A stretch of 64,000 bases of DNA from a virus. The stretch lies in IMG/VR virus record IMGVR_UViG_3300044732_000293, positions 36,842 to 100,841 of that record; one strand, 5' to 3'. Below, one piece after another: positions 48,749 to 57,565 of this stretch (the stretch's first letter is position 1; every line of letters starts with the position of its first letter). The translations under genes and the position numbers were made by a program. The notes under the pieces are model-generated. The model was not told where the DNA came from, did not search any database, and was given only the letters and a program-made list of their open reading frames with translations.

Positions 48749-48801
48749 GGGTTTACTAAAATTCTACATATCCTAAGTTTATATTTTAAATTATTTATAC
48801 A

Positions 48802-49077
48802 ATGGCTAAAAAATTTTATGCCCAAAAAGACGCTTTAGGATTTCCGGTTCCGGGAACTATGATGTCTGTTGCTAGTACAGCTAAAACTCCTGTTGACACT
48901 ATTGTTATTCCTGCAACAAATGTAGCTCCAGGAGCAGGTCAATCAGTGGTAGCTCAACCTTCAGGTTTACGTTATTTTGTACGTAAAGACTTAAAAGGAA
49001 ATATTGTGCCTAACACATTGACTGTCAGTCTAAAGAAACCAGCAGGTTCTGTTTATGAGTTCAAACTTTTAAAATAG
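48802..49077 (+). CDS. Hypothetical late protein
   Basis: 91 aa with an internal repeat (FYAQKDALGFPVPGT / YFVRKDLKGNIVPNT). Confidence 0.6.
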   Translation: MAKKFYAQKDALGFPVPGTMMSVASTAKTPVDTIVIPATNVAPGAGQSVVAQPSGLRYFVRKDLKGNIVPNTLTVSLKKPAGSVYEFKLLK

Positions 49078-49085
49078 AACACTAA

Positions 49086-49364
49086 ATGATTAAAGAGAAT
49101 CCTTCTATAGCTGCTTTTAAAGTGTGGATATTCCCATCTTTAGTATCACTAGTTAGTCTTTTGATATGGAATGATGTCAATGAGATAAAAGCTGATGTTA
49201 AGCTTCTTATGGCTCAGTCTAATATAGACAAAACAAGGATTGATAATATAGAAAGACAGCTATATAAAGCTGCTCCTGTAGCTTCTTTTCCAAGCATTCC
49301 TCAAAAGGAACATGAGGTTATGTATGCTGTTTTACCTGATAACAAGATAAAATACATAAAATGA
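49086..49364 (+). CDS. Single-TM coiled-coil protein (holin/antiholin-like)
   Basis: TM helix WIFPSLVSLVSLLIW plus coiled coil; in the lysis cassette. Confidence 0.5.
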   Translation: MIKENPSIAAFKVWIFPSLVSLVSLLIWNDVNEIKADVKLLMAQSNIDKTRIDNIERQLYKAAPVASFPSIPQKEHEVMYAVLPDNKIKYIK

Positions 49365-49609
49365 ATTTTAAAGACTGGGTTTTAGATCTTTTTAAAGATG
49401 AGCGTGGTTCTACCTCTATTAAACCTGTAGTAGGTTTTATGTGTGCATTATTCTTATGTGTAACATTAACTGCTAACAGTTTTAGTCATGGAGATATTAA
49501 ACCTTCAGATGCTTTGGTAGAGTCTGTAATGTATATCTGTATAGCAGCTTTACTTGGTGATACCGGTGATAAGTTTTCATTAAAAAAGAAGTCAGATGAA
49601 ATATCTTAG
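49361..49609 (+). CDS. Putative holin (two TM helices)
   Basis: Two hydrophobic segments and a basic C-terminus; upstream of the endolysin. Confidence 0.55.
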   Translation: MNFKDWVLDLFKDERGSTSIKPVVGFMCALFLCVTLTANSFSHGDIKPSDALVESVMYICIAALLGDTGDKFSLKKKSDEIS

Positions 49610-50216
49610 TATAATTATCGTAATATTAATTGTAGTGGTATTCTTTCAGCAAGGAGGATGCGGTTATGTTAATTTTGATGGTAAGAAGTCAGATACTACA
49701 GTTGTCCATGATACTACATGGTCTGTACATGATACTACCATTTATAAAACACTAACTTTAAAAGGTAAAGTGTTACATGATACAATTGCTACTCCTCCAG
49801 AGTATATAGCTGATACAAACTATCCTAAGCTTTTAGCTCAATATAATGATTTGTTAAGTAAATATATGGCTCTTGTAGAGTTTAAAGATACAATTAGAAT
49901 AGATACTCTTGGTTATGTGGCTATTACAGATACAGTAAACCAAAATAGTCTTAAAGGTAGATCGGTTAGAACTAACTATAAGATTCCTACAATAACTAAT
50001 ACTGTTACTATACAGCATTATGAAAAGCCTAAAACTCAAATGTTTTTTGGTGGTGGTATAAACGGTAATCAAACTCTTGGAATTACAGGAGCAAGTGCCG
50101 GGGTGTTATTAAAGAATAAAAAAGATCATATATATGGATTGAATATAGGTACTGAAATTAACGGTCCTATTACTTATGGTATTCAATCTTATTGGAAGAT
50201 AAAACTAAAAAAATAG
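49596..50216 (+). CDS. Putative spanin-like lysis protein
   Basis: N-terminal TM/lipobox-like GGC, DTT repeats and C-terminal beta strands; in the lysis cassette. Confidence 0.5.
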   Translation: MKYLSIIIVILIVVVFFQQGGCGYVNFDGKKSDTTVVHDTTWSVHDTTIYKTLTLKGKVLHDTIATPPEYIADTNYPKLLAQYNDLLSKYMALVEFKDTIRIDTLGYVAITDTVNQNSLKGRSVRTNYKIPTITNTVTIQHYEKPKTQMFFGGGINGNQTLGITGASAGVLLKNKKDHIYGLNIGTEINGPITYGIQSYWKIKLKK

Positions 50217-50217
50217 T

Positions 50218-50391
50218 ATGAAAAAAGTAATTGCATTTTTTAAGAGCTTATTTTCTACACCTGTAGAACCAGTTGTGGCTCCTGCTCCAGTGGTAGTAGA
50301 AGAAGCTCCTAAAGTTAAAGAAGTAGTTGTTGCTGAAGAAGCAGCTCCTAAAAAGAAGAAAAGATATTATAAACCTAAAAATAAGGCTTAG
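50218..50391 (+). CDS. Small protein (57 aa), amphipathic N-terminus and basic tail
   Basis: MKKVIAFFKSLFSTPVEPVVAPAP...KKKKRYYKPKNKA; fills the gap exactly. Confidence 0.65.
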   Translation: MKKVIAFFKSLFSTPVEPVVAPAPVVVEEAPKVKEVVVAEEAAPKKKKRYYKPKNKA

Positions 50392-50393
50392 TT

Positions 50394-51011
50394 ATGGACT
50401 TATCTCGTTTAAAAGGACATGTTCCTGACACAGTTATTGCTCAGATTCCTTCTATACAAGAAAAGTTTGGTATCAACACTGCATTAAGACTTGCACATTT
50501 TTTAGCTCAAGCTGGACATGAATCTGCTGGATTTAGAGTTACACAAGAAAACCTTAACTATTCAGGTAAAGGTCTTAAAGGAATCTTTGGTAAGTATTTT
50601 AAAAGACCTGATAAGACTTTTGATGAACCAAAGGTACTAGCTTATGCTAAAAAACCTGAGAAGATTGCAAATCTTGTTTATGGTGGTAGAATGGGTAACG
50701 GTCCTGAGGCATCAGGTGATGGTTATAAGTTCAGAGGCCGTGGTTATATCCAGTTAACTGGTAAAGATAACTATACAGCGTTTGGTAAATCAATTGGTGT
50801 AGATATGGCTGCTAATCCTGATTCAGTAGCTACAACTCATGCTTTATCTTCTGCAGCTTGGTTCTGGAGTAAAAATGGTTTAAATGCCATTGCTGATCAA
50901 GGAGCTACAGATGAAGTAGTTACTAAGATTACAAAAAGAGTTAACGGTGGTACAATTGGTTTAGCTGATCGTATCAAACACTTTAAAGAGTATCATACAC
51001 TACTTGTTTAA
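50394..51011 (+). CDS. Endolysin, glycoside hydrolase family 19
   Basis: AHFLAQ.GHES, ENLNYS, GN...GDGYKFRGRGYIQLTGK.NY, SAAWFW, TKRVNGG..GL.DR. Confidence 0.93.
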   Translation: MDLSRLKGHVPDTVIAQIPSIQEKFGINTALRLAHFLAQAGHESAGFRVTQENLNYSGKGLKGIFGKYFKRPDKTFDEPKVLAYAKKPEKIANLVYGGRMGNGPEASGDGYKFRGRGYIQLTGKDNYTAFGKSIGVDMAANPDSVATTHALSSAAWFWSKNGLNAIADQGATDEVVTKITKRVNGGTIGLADRIKHFKEYHTLLV

Positions 51012-51027
51012 TTCTAAATAAATCAAA

Positions 51028-51159
51028 ATGGCTGTAAAGAAAGGTTCTAAATCTGACAACAGAAAAGTCTCTTTTGGTAAACGCAAAGGAGGAAAGGCTT
51101 CAAAAACATCTGGCCCTAAAGCTAAGAAAGTTAGTAAGTACAGAGGTCAGGGTAGATAA
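51028..51159 (+). CDS. Small Lys-rich protein ending YRGQGR (43 aa)
   Basis: MAVKKGSKSDNRKVSFGKRKGGKASKTSGPKAKKVSKYRGQGR; A-rich start context. Confidence 0.7.
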   Translation: MAVKKGSKSDNRKVSFGKRKGGKASKTSGPKAKKVSKYRGQGR

Positions 51160-51179
51160 TTTCTACCCTTTCTTTTTTT
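51149..51179 (+). terminator. Intrinsic terminator closing the lysis cassette
   Basis: agggtaga-taatt-tctaccct followed by ttcttttttt. Confidence 0.8.
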
Positions 51180-51192
51180 AAAAATTTATACT

Positions 51193-51822
51193 ATGTTAAT
51201 ATTAACTAAATTCCGAGAGTATATACTCTACGGTTTTATGACCTTTGTAGGTGCTTGGCTAATTTTTGCTTTAAGTTTTATGCTCTACTGTTTATTTTTA
51301 GAATTTACAGGAGGTCAAGAAAAACTTCAGCAAATGTCTAATGAGTTTTCCTGGAAGTTTGATGGTACATTTAAAAATCATCCAGGTAATATTTGGTATG
51401 AAGAGCCTAAGACAATTGCTATAGGAATGATTACTAACAAGATTCAAATTGGAAACTTAGCTGGTAATAGAAAACTAGAATTTGGTATAAAGAATGTCTT
51501 AGAAGAAGTGTATCAAGCTGAAGGCTACGATTTAGATCATGCTTCTGACAATGTTTTAAAAGTTGATATAGTATATCTAGACGTATTAAAGACACAATCT
51601 AGTTTTTCTATAGTGCATAATAACAAAGAATCTGTAGTTATTAGACTGCAAGGTTTCTTGTATAAAGGTGATAAGCTCGTTAAAAAGATTCTTGTAGAAG
51701 AATCTGCAGATGAGATATCAATGTCCACTCTTCTTATAGATGAGGGAGGTAAATTTAACAATCAAAATTTATCTACTGCTATTAAAAAAGCATGTAGTTC
51801 ACTTGTAAAGAAACTTAATTAA
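51193..51822 (+). CDS. Membrane-anchored CsgG-fold-like protein
   Basis: N-terminal TM; C-terminus KFNNQNLSTAIKKAC parallels KFNQSTISISTKKAL of the protein at 55479. Confidence 0.5.
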   Translation: MLILTKFREYILYGFMTFVGAWLIFALSFMLYCLFLEFTGGQEKLQQMSNEFSWKFDGTFKNHPGNIWYEEPKTIAIGMITNKIQIGNLAGNRKLEFGIKNVLEEVYQAEGYDLDHASDNVLKVDIVYLDVLKTQSSFSIVHNNKESVVIRLQGFLYKGDKLVKKILVEESADEISMSTLLIDEGGKFNNQNLSTAIKKACSSLVKKLN

Positions 51823-53927
51823 TGAAGAAACTGTTATTTTTTCTTACTCTTTTATTTGTTATTCAAGCCTCAGCTCAACAAAAGTTTAAAGCTGCTGCAT
51901 CAGTAGGTGGTCCATCTCTTAATAGAGGTGGTGAGTTTGACTATGTAATTTATGGTAATGGTATGAACAATGCTACTACTCGTCAGTTACTATTTGATTT
52001 ACAATATGATAGAAACAATTTTGAGATTGTATCTGTAAATCATACTGGTACAGGTGGTAATGGTGGCATTCTCCCTCAAGGTTCTACTATTAATCTTTCT
52101 TATTATGATTATCCTGGATATAACTTTCTTACAGTGAGCTCAGGATCTAGTGCTAATAATACAACTAATGGTACTACTAACTATCAATATGCACAGTATA
52201 ATTATAGCAATACCAATCCATATGCTATATTAAGAGTTACTCTTACTTGGTCTACTAATTCAGCAATGCCCTATAGTGGTTATAGTGACTTTATAAAAAT
52301 TAAATATAGACTTAAAGCTACATCTACTGCTTATACATTTAATCCTATTAAACTAAACTTTGTAGCTGGTTGGACTGCTGCTGGTGCCTATGACGCTACA
52401 GTAATGGAAGCTCCATTAACTACAGCTGTAGCCATGAACCAAAACTTTGGTAAATATGTAACAGCTAAGGTAGATTTAAATTCTAACTTATTTAATCTTT
52501 CTAATCTTAAAGTATCTTTTAGAGATACTATTACAAATACTGGAGTGATGTTTCCTGTAACTTCTACAGGAGATGTAGATGTAAATCAATCTCAGTTAGC
52601 TGCAAATAAAGTTTATGAAGTTAGTTTAATGCATGACATGGATAAATTATATGATATCTATGGTAATGCAATCACTATATCTGATTTTACTACAGCTCAG
52701 AATGAATTTACTTCAATGGGACTGGATGGATCTAACGGTCAAAACTTAAAGACTGGACAATCTTTATATGCTGCTGACATTAATAGAAACCAAAAGATAG
52801 ATGGAGGTGACTTACCTAGATTACTAGGTCAAGTAGCTAATATAGATACACTAACAAAACTTCCTAGTACTTATGTTGCAGGTAGTGCTGGATATATGAG
52901 TATTCCTACTTGGAATGCAGCTGAAATACGTACACTTGCTGGTCAAGTTGAATGGGTGTATGTCAATGTTGGAACATCAAATAGTACTCTGTATATTGAT
53001 ATGAGAAAGTTTCCTAGTGGAACTGTAGCTAGTACTTTAAAAAGTATACAATTATTTGATGTATACACAGGACCTATAGAATATATAACAGAAGATGCTG
53101 CTTGGGCTCAGTATAAAATTCCTACTACTATACCAAAAGCTGTAGATGGTAGTTCATTATACTCTGTATATATAAGAAAGAATAATAATGATTATATGTT
53201 CCAAGCTGAACCTAGTTTTAATACTTCTGTAAATAGTTCATGGGGAGCTATAAGTACTACTAACTGGAAGAATATAACATATCCTAGAACTTATTTAACT
53301 ACAGGAACTCTTGGTACAAATGCTGTGTTGGATCTTAAATATCTTTTATGGGGTGACGTAAATAGATCTCACTCTTCTCAAGTTGTGACTGTTTCAGGTG
53401 GATCTTCTACTGTACAAACAAATGCCGTTAATAGTTTACAAACTAACACTGCGTTTAGAAATATGTCTACATTCTCTACAGGAGGATTTATTAACACTCC
53501 ATATGATGTAAGTTCTGTAGATATAAACTTAACAAATCTAACTGTTACAAGCAATACTATAGAAATACCTGTAGGTTTAGACACTAAAGGTTTAAATGTA
53601 TCTGGTTTACAGTTTGAGTTCACATACGATCCTAAAAAGATTAAGTTTGAAGAGCTTATCCCTACACTTCCTGCTACTTGGTATATTTTTGCAAATGATA
53701 ACAATGGTAGAGTTAAATTCGGAGCATTAGATCAAAATAAATCAGTTGCTTTATCTGGTATAAGCACACCATTTAAACTTAAGTTTAGTACAATTGGTGA
53801 AGGTGTAAATATTATTACATCTGTAAAAGTATCAACTCTTATGGATGCTAGTGACGCTAAAGGTAATCAATTAGGTATCAATCTAAATTCTACACAAATT
53901 AAATTAACCGGTTATAACAACTTTTAG
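51822..53927 (+). CDS. Exported cohesin/dockerin-like protein
   Basis: Signal peptide ending ASA/Q; cohesin-like N- and C-terminal beta domains (FDLQYD; IEIPV...SGLQFEFTYDP); dockerin-like AADINRNQKIDGGDL and GDVN. Confidence 0.65.
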   Translation: MKKLLFFLTLLFVIQASAQQKFKAAASVGGPSLNRGGEFDYVIYGNGMNNATTRQLLFDLQYDRNNFEIVSVNHTGTGGNGGILPQGSTINLSYYDYPGYNFLTVSSGSSANNTTNGTTNYQYAQYNYSNTNPYAILRVTLTWSTNSAMPYSGYSDFIKIKYRLKATSTAYTFNPIKLNFVAGWTAAGAYDATVMEAPLTTAVAMNQNFGKYVTAKVDLNSNLFNLSNLKVSFRDTITNTGVMFPVTSTGDVDVNQSQLAANKVYEVSLMHDMDKLYDIYGNAITISDFTTAQNEFTSMGLDGSNGQNLKTGQSLYAADINRNQKIDGGDLPRLLGQVANIDTLTKLPSTYVAGSAGYMSIPTWNAAEIRTLAGQVEWVYVNVGTSNSTLYIDMRKFPSGTVASTLKSIQLFDVYTGPIEYITEDAAWAQYKIPTTIPKAVDGSSLYSVYIRKNNNDYMFQAEPSFNTSVNSSWGAISTTNWKNITYPRTYLTTGTLGTNAVLDLKYLLWGDVNRSHSSQVVTVSGGSSTVQTNAVNSLQTNTAFRNMSTFSTGGFINTPYDVSSVDINLTNLTVTSNTIEIPVGLDTKGLNVSGLQFEFTYDPKKIKFEELIPTLPATWYIFANDNNGRVKFGALDQNKSVALSGISTPFKLKFSTIGEGVNIITSVKVSTLMDASDAKGNQLGINLNSTQIKLTGYNNF

Positions 53928-53928
53928 A

Positions 53929-54300
53929 ATGAATAAATTAGAAAAATTATTAAACTTAGGCTTTTTACTAACTCTTGTAGTTGCAAGTTGTAGAAAAGTA
54001 GAACCTGTACCGTTTCAAGTAATTGATTTAGGTAAACAGTCTACATCTACAAGTATTAAGTCTATTGTACAGAATGGTACTACAGTAACTGCAGAGTTTG
54101 TAACAACTCCGGGAGCCAAATATTCTGTACAGATAATTCCATTTGGCTCAGAAGAGCCTGCTAAGAAAGATGGATTTACAGCTAAAGATAGTTTAACTGT
54201 TAAATCTTATAGCTTAGTTGATTTACCTAAAAAGCACTATGATTTCATATTTATAGACATTAGCGGTAAAGAAGTAAAGTTTCCTATATTAATTAAATAA
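53929..54300 (+). CDS. Lipoprotein with Ig-like/T9SS-CTD-like domain
   Basis: Lipobox VASC; C-terminus L.DLPKKHY.F.F.D.SG..VK..ILIK. Confidence 0.6.
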   Translation: MNKLEKLLNLGFLLTLVVASCRKVEPVPFQVIDLGKQSTSTSIKSIVQNGTTVTAEFVTTPGAKYSVQIIPFGSEEPAKKDGFTAKDSLTVKSYSLVDLPKKHYDFIFIDISGKEVKFPILIK

Positions 54301-54318
54301 ACTATAAAAACATACATT

Positions 54319-54624
54319 ATGTCAGAAGAAGTAGAACAAGAATCAACCGGTAAGTCCTTTAAAGGAATTCTTATCACTTTAGTAAGCACCGTTACACTAG
54401 GTGTAGGCGGATTTGTTACTAACAAATTAACAGGTGGTGGTGATGAGAAAGAAACTCCTGCTGCTGCAGCCCCAGTTATTAACATTACCAACTCTAACCA
54501 GCAAGCTGCTGCTAGTGGTGGTAAAACTGTTATTATTAAGGAGAAAGAAGTTGCAGCTAAACCTGCTGCTCCTGTTAAAAAGAAAGAAGGAGACGAGTTT
54601 AAAGAAGAAGCTCCTAAATGGTAA
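54319..54624 (+). CDS. Single-TM protein with low-complexity tail
   Basis: 101 aa; TM segment GILITLVSTVTLGVGGFV. Confidence 0.6.
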   Translation: MSEEVEQESTGKSFKGILITLVSTVTLGVGGFVTNKLTGGGDEKETPAAAAPVINITNSNQQAAASGGKTVIIKEKEVAAKPAAPVKKKEGDEFKEEAPKW

Positions 54625-54651
54625 TATATTATTAAGAATTAAAAAGTTTTC

Positions 54652-55239
54652 ATGGAAGATAAAAAACAACCAGAAGCTGGTGGGTTCAAGGAACTCTTAG
54701 GCTCAATGATGAGAAGACGCTGGTTTATTACAGCGTTAGTATTAGGATCATTTATGATGATCATTGTAGCTATTTTTATAGCTGTATCTAATAATGCCTC
54801 TATGGCTGGAGAATGGAAAGAGTTATTAATGTTATTATTAGGAGCTTTTATTGGCTCTTATGGTAAGATTATAGATTACTGGTTCTCTGATACAGATAAA
54901 GATAAAATGCTTGTACAGAAGATGGATGAAGAAGATGGTACTACTCTTTCTCATACTAATGATATGAAAGAGTCTAACAAGCCATATGCTCCAACTATTC
55001 CTGATGCATTTGTTCAAGCTGCTATAAAGACTGCAGATAGAACTCATGAGTATAATAGAGATGAACAAGAACATCGTCAAGTTTTAGAAGCTGATCAACA
55101 AGAGCATAAACAAGAGATGGAAAAGTTAGAATTCTTGCATCATGAGCACAAACAGTGTGTGCATGAGTGGGGTGATACTGACGGTGATGGAGACTTAGAG
55201 TGTATCCATTGTGGCAGAATCAAGGATGAACATTGTTAA
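54652..55239 (+). CDS. Two-TM membrane protein with His/Cys-rich C-terminus
   Basis: Two TM helices; EH heptads; CVHEWGDTDGDGDLECIHC. Confidence 0.65.
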   Translation: MEDKKQPEAGGFKELLGSMMRRRWFITALVLGSFMMIIVAIFIAVSNNASMAGEWKELLMLLLGAFIGSYGKIIDYWFSDTDKDKMLVQKMDEEDGTTLSHTNDMKESNKPYAPTIPDAFVQAAIKTADRTHEYNRDEQEHRQVLEADQQEHKQEMEKLEFLHHEHKQCVHEWGDTDGDGDLECIHCGRIKDEHC

Positions 55240-55263
55240 CTTAACTAAACACTATGGATTCTG

Positions 55264-55482
55264 ATGACCAAAAGACAGAGACTAAAAATACTTCGTTCCT
55301 CACGGGATGCCAGCTTAATGGCAGCCATGTTCTTCCTGCCATTAGGATACGATCTCTTGTTCAAGACGCTCTTAGATTACACTGGGAGCTTTTGGGCTAC
55401 AGATATCATATTTTATTGTCTATCAGGAGTATTTTGGCTCTCATACTTCTTGCTGTCCAAATCTTTAAAGACTAAAACATGA
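55264..55482 (+). CDS. Small two-TM protein
   Basis: 72 aa; two hydrophobic segments; ATGA overlap with the next gene. Confidence 0.55.
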   Translation: MTKRQRLKILRSSRDASLMAAMFFLPLGYDLLFKTLLDYTGSFWATDIIFYCLSGVFWLSYFLLSKSLKTKT

Positions 55483-56192
55483 AATATTTTGTAATACTAG
55501 CTTGTTTACTATTTACTATTGGTAGTAAAGCACAAATTGCATCTACTAAAACAGAAAACTATAAAGCTTCTTTTGAAAAAGCTATAGATATTTCTGATTT
55601 CTTAGACTATGATGGCCCACAAATACCTATACAGATATTAAAGTGTGGCATATCAGACGAAATGTATGAGATGTATCCTGAGCTTAAAGAAAAGCGTGTA
55701 GGTCTTGGCGTAGCCAACATCTCTATGGAATATTTAGAGAATCTTAATAGATTCAAGTTTACAGAGGATAAAACTGAGATCAAGAACAGGATGGTTAAAC
55801 AATTCCAAGCATCGGCTGCTGGAATATCTGAGAACAAACTGGATGGTCGTGGTAAGATCAATCTTGCCAAATACTTTGTAACAATTGAATGTTATGATTA
55901 TAGTATATCAGAAGATGAAAGTGTTAGCCTTAAAGATGGTACAAAACAGCTTATGGTTACGAGGATTGGTTTACAGGTTAGATTCACTGATGCTGAAACT
56001 GGTGTGGTTTTTAGTGGTTCTGGACTTGGAGAAGCAAAGACTACTAAAGAGACTTCAGGATTATCAGATGCAGCCTTAGATCCTGTTAAATTTAATCAAT
56101 CTACTATCAGTATTTCTACTAAAAAGGCATTGGATATAGCTTGTGCTCGTATCCTAGATCGTATGATTAAGAAAGGTATATTTACTAAATAA
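55479..56192 (+). CDS. CsgG/HfaB-like exported protein
   Basis: Signal peptide ending SKA/Q; G..NI..EYL....RF, LQVRFTDAETGVV..GSG.GEA, terminal helix KKALD.A. Confidence 0.7.
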   Translation: MKYFVILACLLFTIGSKAQIASTKTENYKASFEKAIDISDFLDYDGPQIPIQILKCGISDEMYEMYPELKEKRVGLGVANISMEYLENLNRFKFTEDKTEIKNRMVKQFQASAAGISENKLDGRGKINLAKYFVTIECYDYSISEDESVSLKDGTKQLMVTRIGLQVRFTDAETGVVFSGSGLGEAKTTKETSGLSDAALDPVKFNQSTISISTKKALDIACARILDRMIKKGIFTK

Positions 56193-56200
56193 TTACTATT

Positions 56201-56308
56201 ATGGCAAACGCTAAGAAAAAGAAAAGAGCTATGAGATCAGTTAAATCTGGAGTTAAAACTGCAGCTTTAATCAAATCTAATTTAGTCATCTTAAATAAGT
56301 TAAAGTGA
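56201..56308 (+). CDS. Small basic peptide (35 aa)
   Basis: MANAKKKKRAMRSVKSGVKTAALIKSNLVILNKLK; abuts the next start. Confidence 0.5.
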   Translation: MANAKKKKRAMRSVKSGVKTAALIKSNLVILNKLK

Positions 56309-57565
56309 TTGAAACAGTTTATATTTGTTCTATTTTTAGTAGTATTACTACCGTTTTATGCGTATAGCCAAACTCTTATACAGACGTTTCAAGACCCTTG
56401 TACTAAAGTTATTAGTACGTTTAGCATTCCTATTAGTGGTAGCACTGTTATTGTGTTTTATAATAAGTCTAGGACTTTTACTGCCGCTGATATATCTTCT
56501 GGTGCATTTCAGACTTGGATTAATCAGGTATATGAAGATTATCGTAGATTATCTCCCTGCTCTGTGGCTCAGACTGCACAAACTAGCACTACAGTTACAG
56601 CCAATGCTGTCTCTGCTGCAGTAGGTGCTGCTGTAAGCTCTGCAACATCATCTGCTGCCTCTAGTGCGGCTTCTTCTGCTGCTTCTGCAGCTGCAGCATC
56701 TTCTGCTCCTCCACCTACTAGTAGCTCTGCTCCTAGTTCAAGCAATTCTCAAGGATCGAGCTCGGAGTCTAGTAGCAGCAGCTCTAGTAGTTCATCAGAA
56801 TCTAAATCTGAATCTAAGAGTGAAAGTAGTTCTGAATCTAAATCAGAAGAAAAATCAGAGTCTAAGTCTGAATCTAAATCTGAAAAGAAGTCTGAGTCTA
56901 AAAAGGATTCTAAATCCTCTAATAAGTCTCAGGCTAGGATGAATCCTATATTATTTAATTCTGATCTCACTGCAGGTCAAAATGTTGATGCTAGTGTAGC
57001 ATTAGTGCTTACAGGAGGTATATCACAGTCTTCTATGACTGGAGCTAGCTCATGGGGCGTCACTGGTATGGTATGGAGTAATCTAAAACAGTTTGTTGTC
57101 TCTTCTAGATATACTAAAATGAATTTCAATGGAGGGAAGTTAGAGTCTATATCTAACTATGGTTTTACTACAGCAGTGATGTTTGGAAACGTTTCTAGTT
57201 TCTTAACATATGCTTACATCTACCCTTTGGGTAAATGGGGTGTTACGGGTGCTAACTACACATTGGCTTTTAGTAAGGACAATGTAATGCACAATCTTCT
57301 ACTCTTCTACACTAAGCCTTTTTCTGTTAATAGAAGGCTAAATCTATCTCCTGAGCTTTATATCTCAGGGAGTCCTGTTATGTACATGTTTGATACTAAG
57401 GACTTTGTTATATCCGAGGATATGGGTTTTATCACAGGTGTGTCCGGTGATTATTCTTTTACTAAACGTTTTAAATTAAATGTAGGATTGAGGACTAGTC
57501 TTTCAACTAATCCTCAAATTCCTATATTATTATTTATGGTGGTAGGTTCTAAAATTAATCTTTAG
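56309..57565 (+). CDS. Exported protein with Ser/Glu/Lys linker and C-terminal outer-membrane beta-barrel-like domain
   Basis: TTG start; signal peptide ending AYS/Q; SESK repeats; alternating amphipathic strands to the C-terminus. Confidence 0.65.
   Translation: MKQFIFVLFLVVLLPFYAYSQTLIQTFQDPCTKVISTFSIPISGSTVIVFYNKSRTFTAADISSGAFQTWINQVYEDYRRLSPCSVAQTAQTSTTVTANAVSAAVGAAVSSATSSAASSAASSAASAAAASSAPPPTSSSAPSSSNSQGSSSESSSSSSSSSSESKSESKSESSSESKSEEKSESKSESKSEKKSESKKDSKSSNKSQARMNPILFNSDLTAGQNVDASVALVLTGGISQSSMTGASSWGVTGMVWSNLKQFVVSSRYTKMNFNGGKLESISNYGFTTAVMFGNVSSFLTYAYIYPLGKWGVTGANYTLAFSKDNVMHNLLLFYTKPFSVNRRLNLSPELYISGSPVMYMFDTKDFVISEDMGFITGVSGDYSFTKRFKLNVGLRTSLSTNPQIPILLFMVVGSKINL

Noticed and set aside
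55254-55475. Alternative 73-aa ORF overlapping 55264-55482
   Set aside because: The other frame gives a clean two-TM protein with an ATGA overlap into the CsgG-like gene.
56620-56920. Repetitive DNA (tctaaatctgaa-like) as iterons or an array
   Set aside because: Explained by the in-frame Ser/Ala and SESK linker with synonymous variation.
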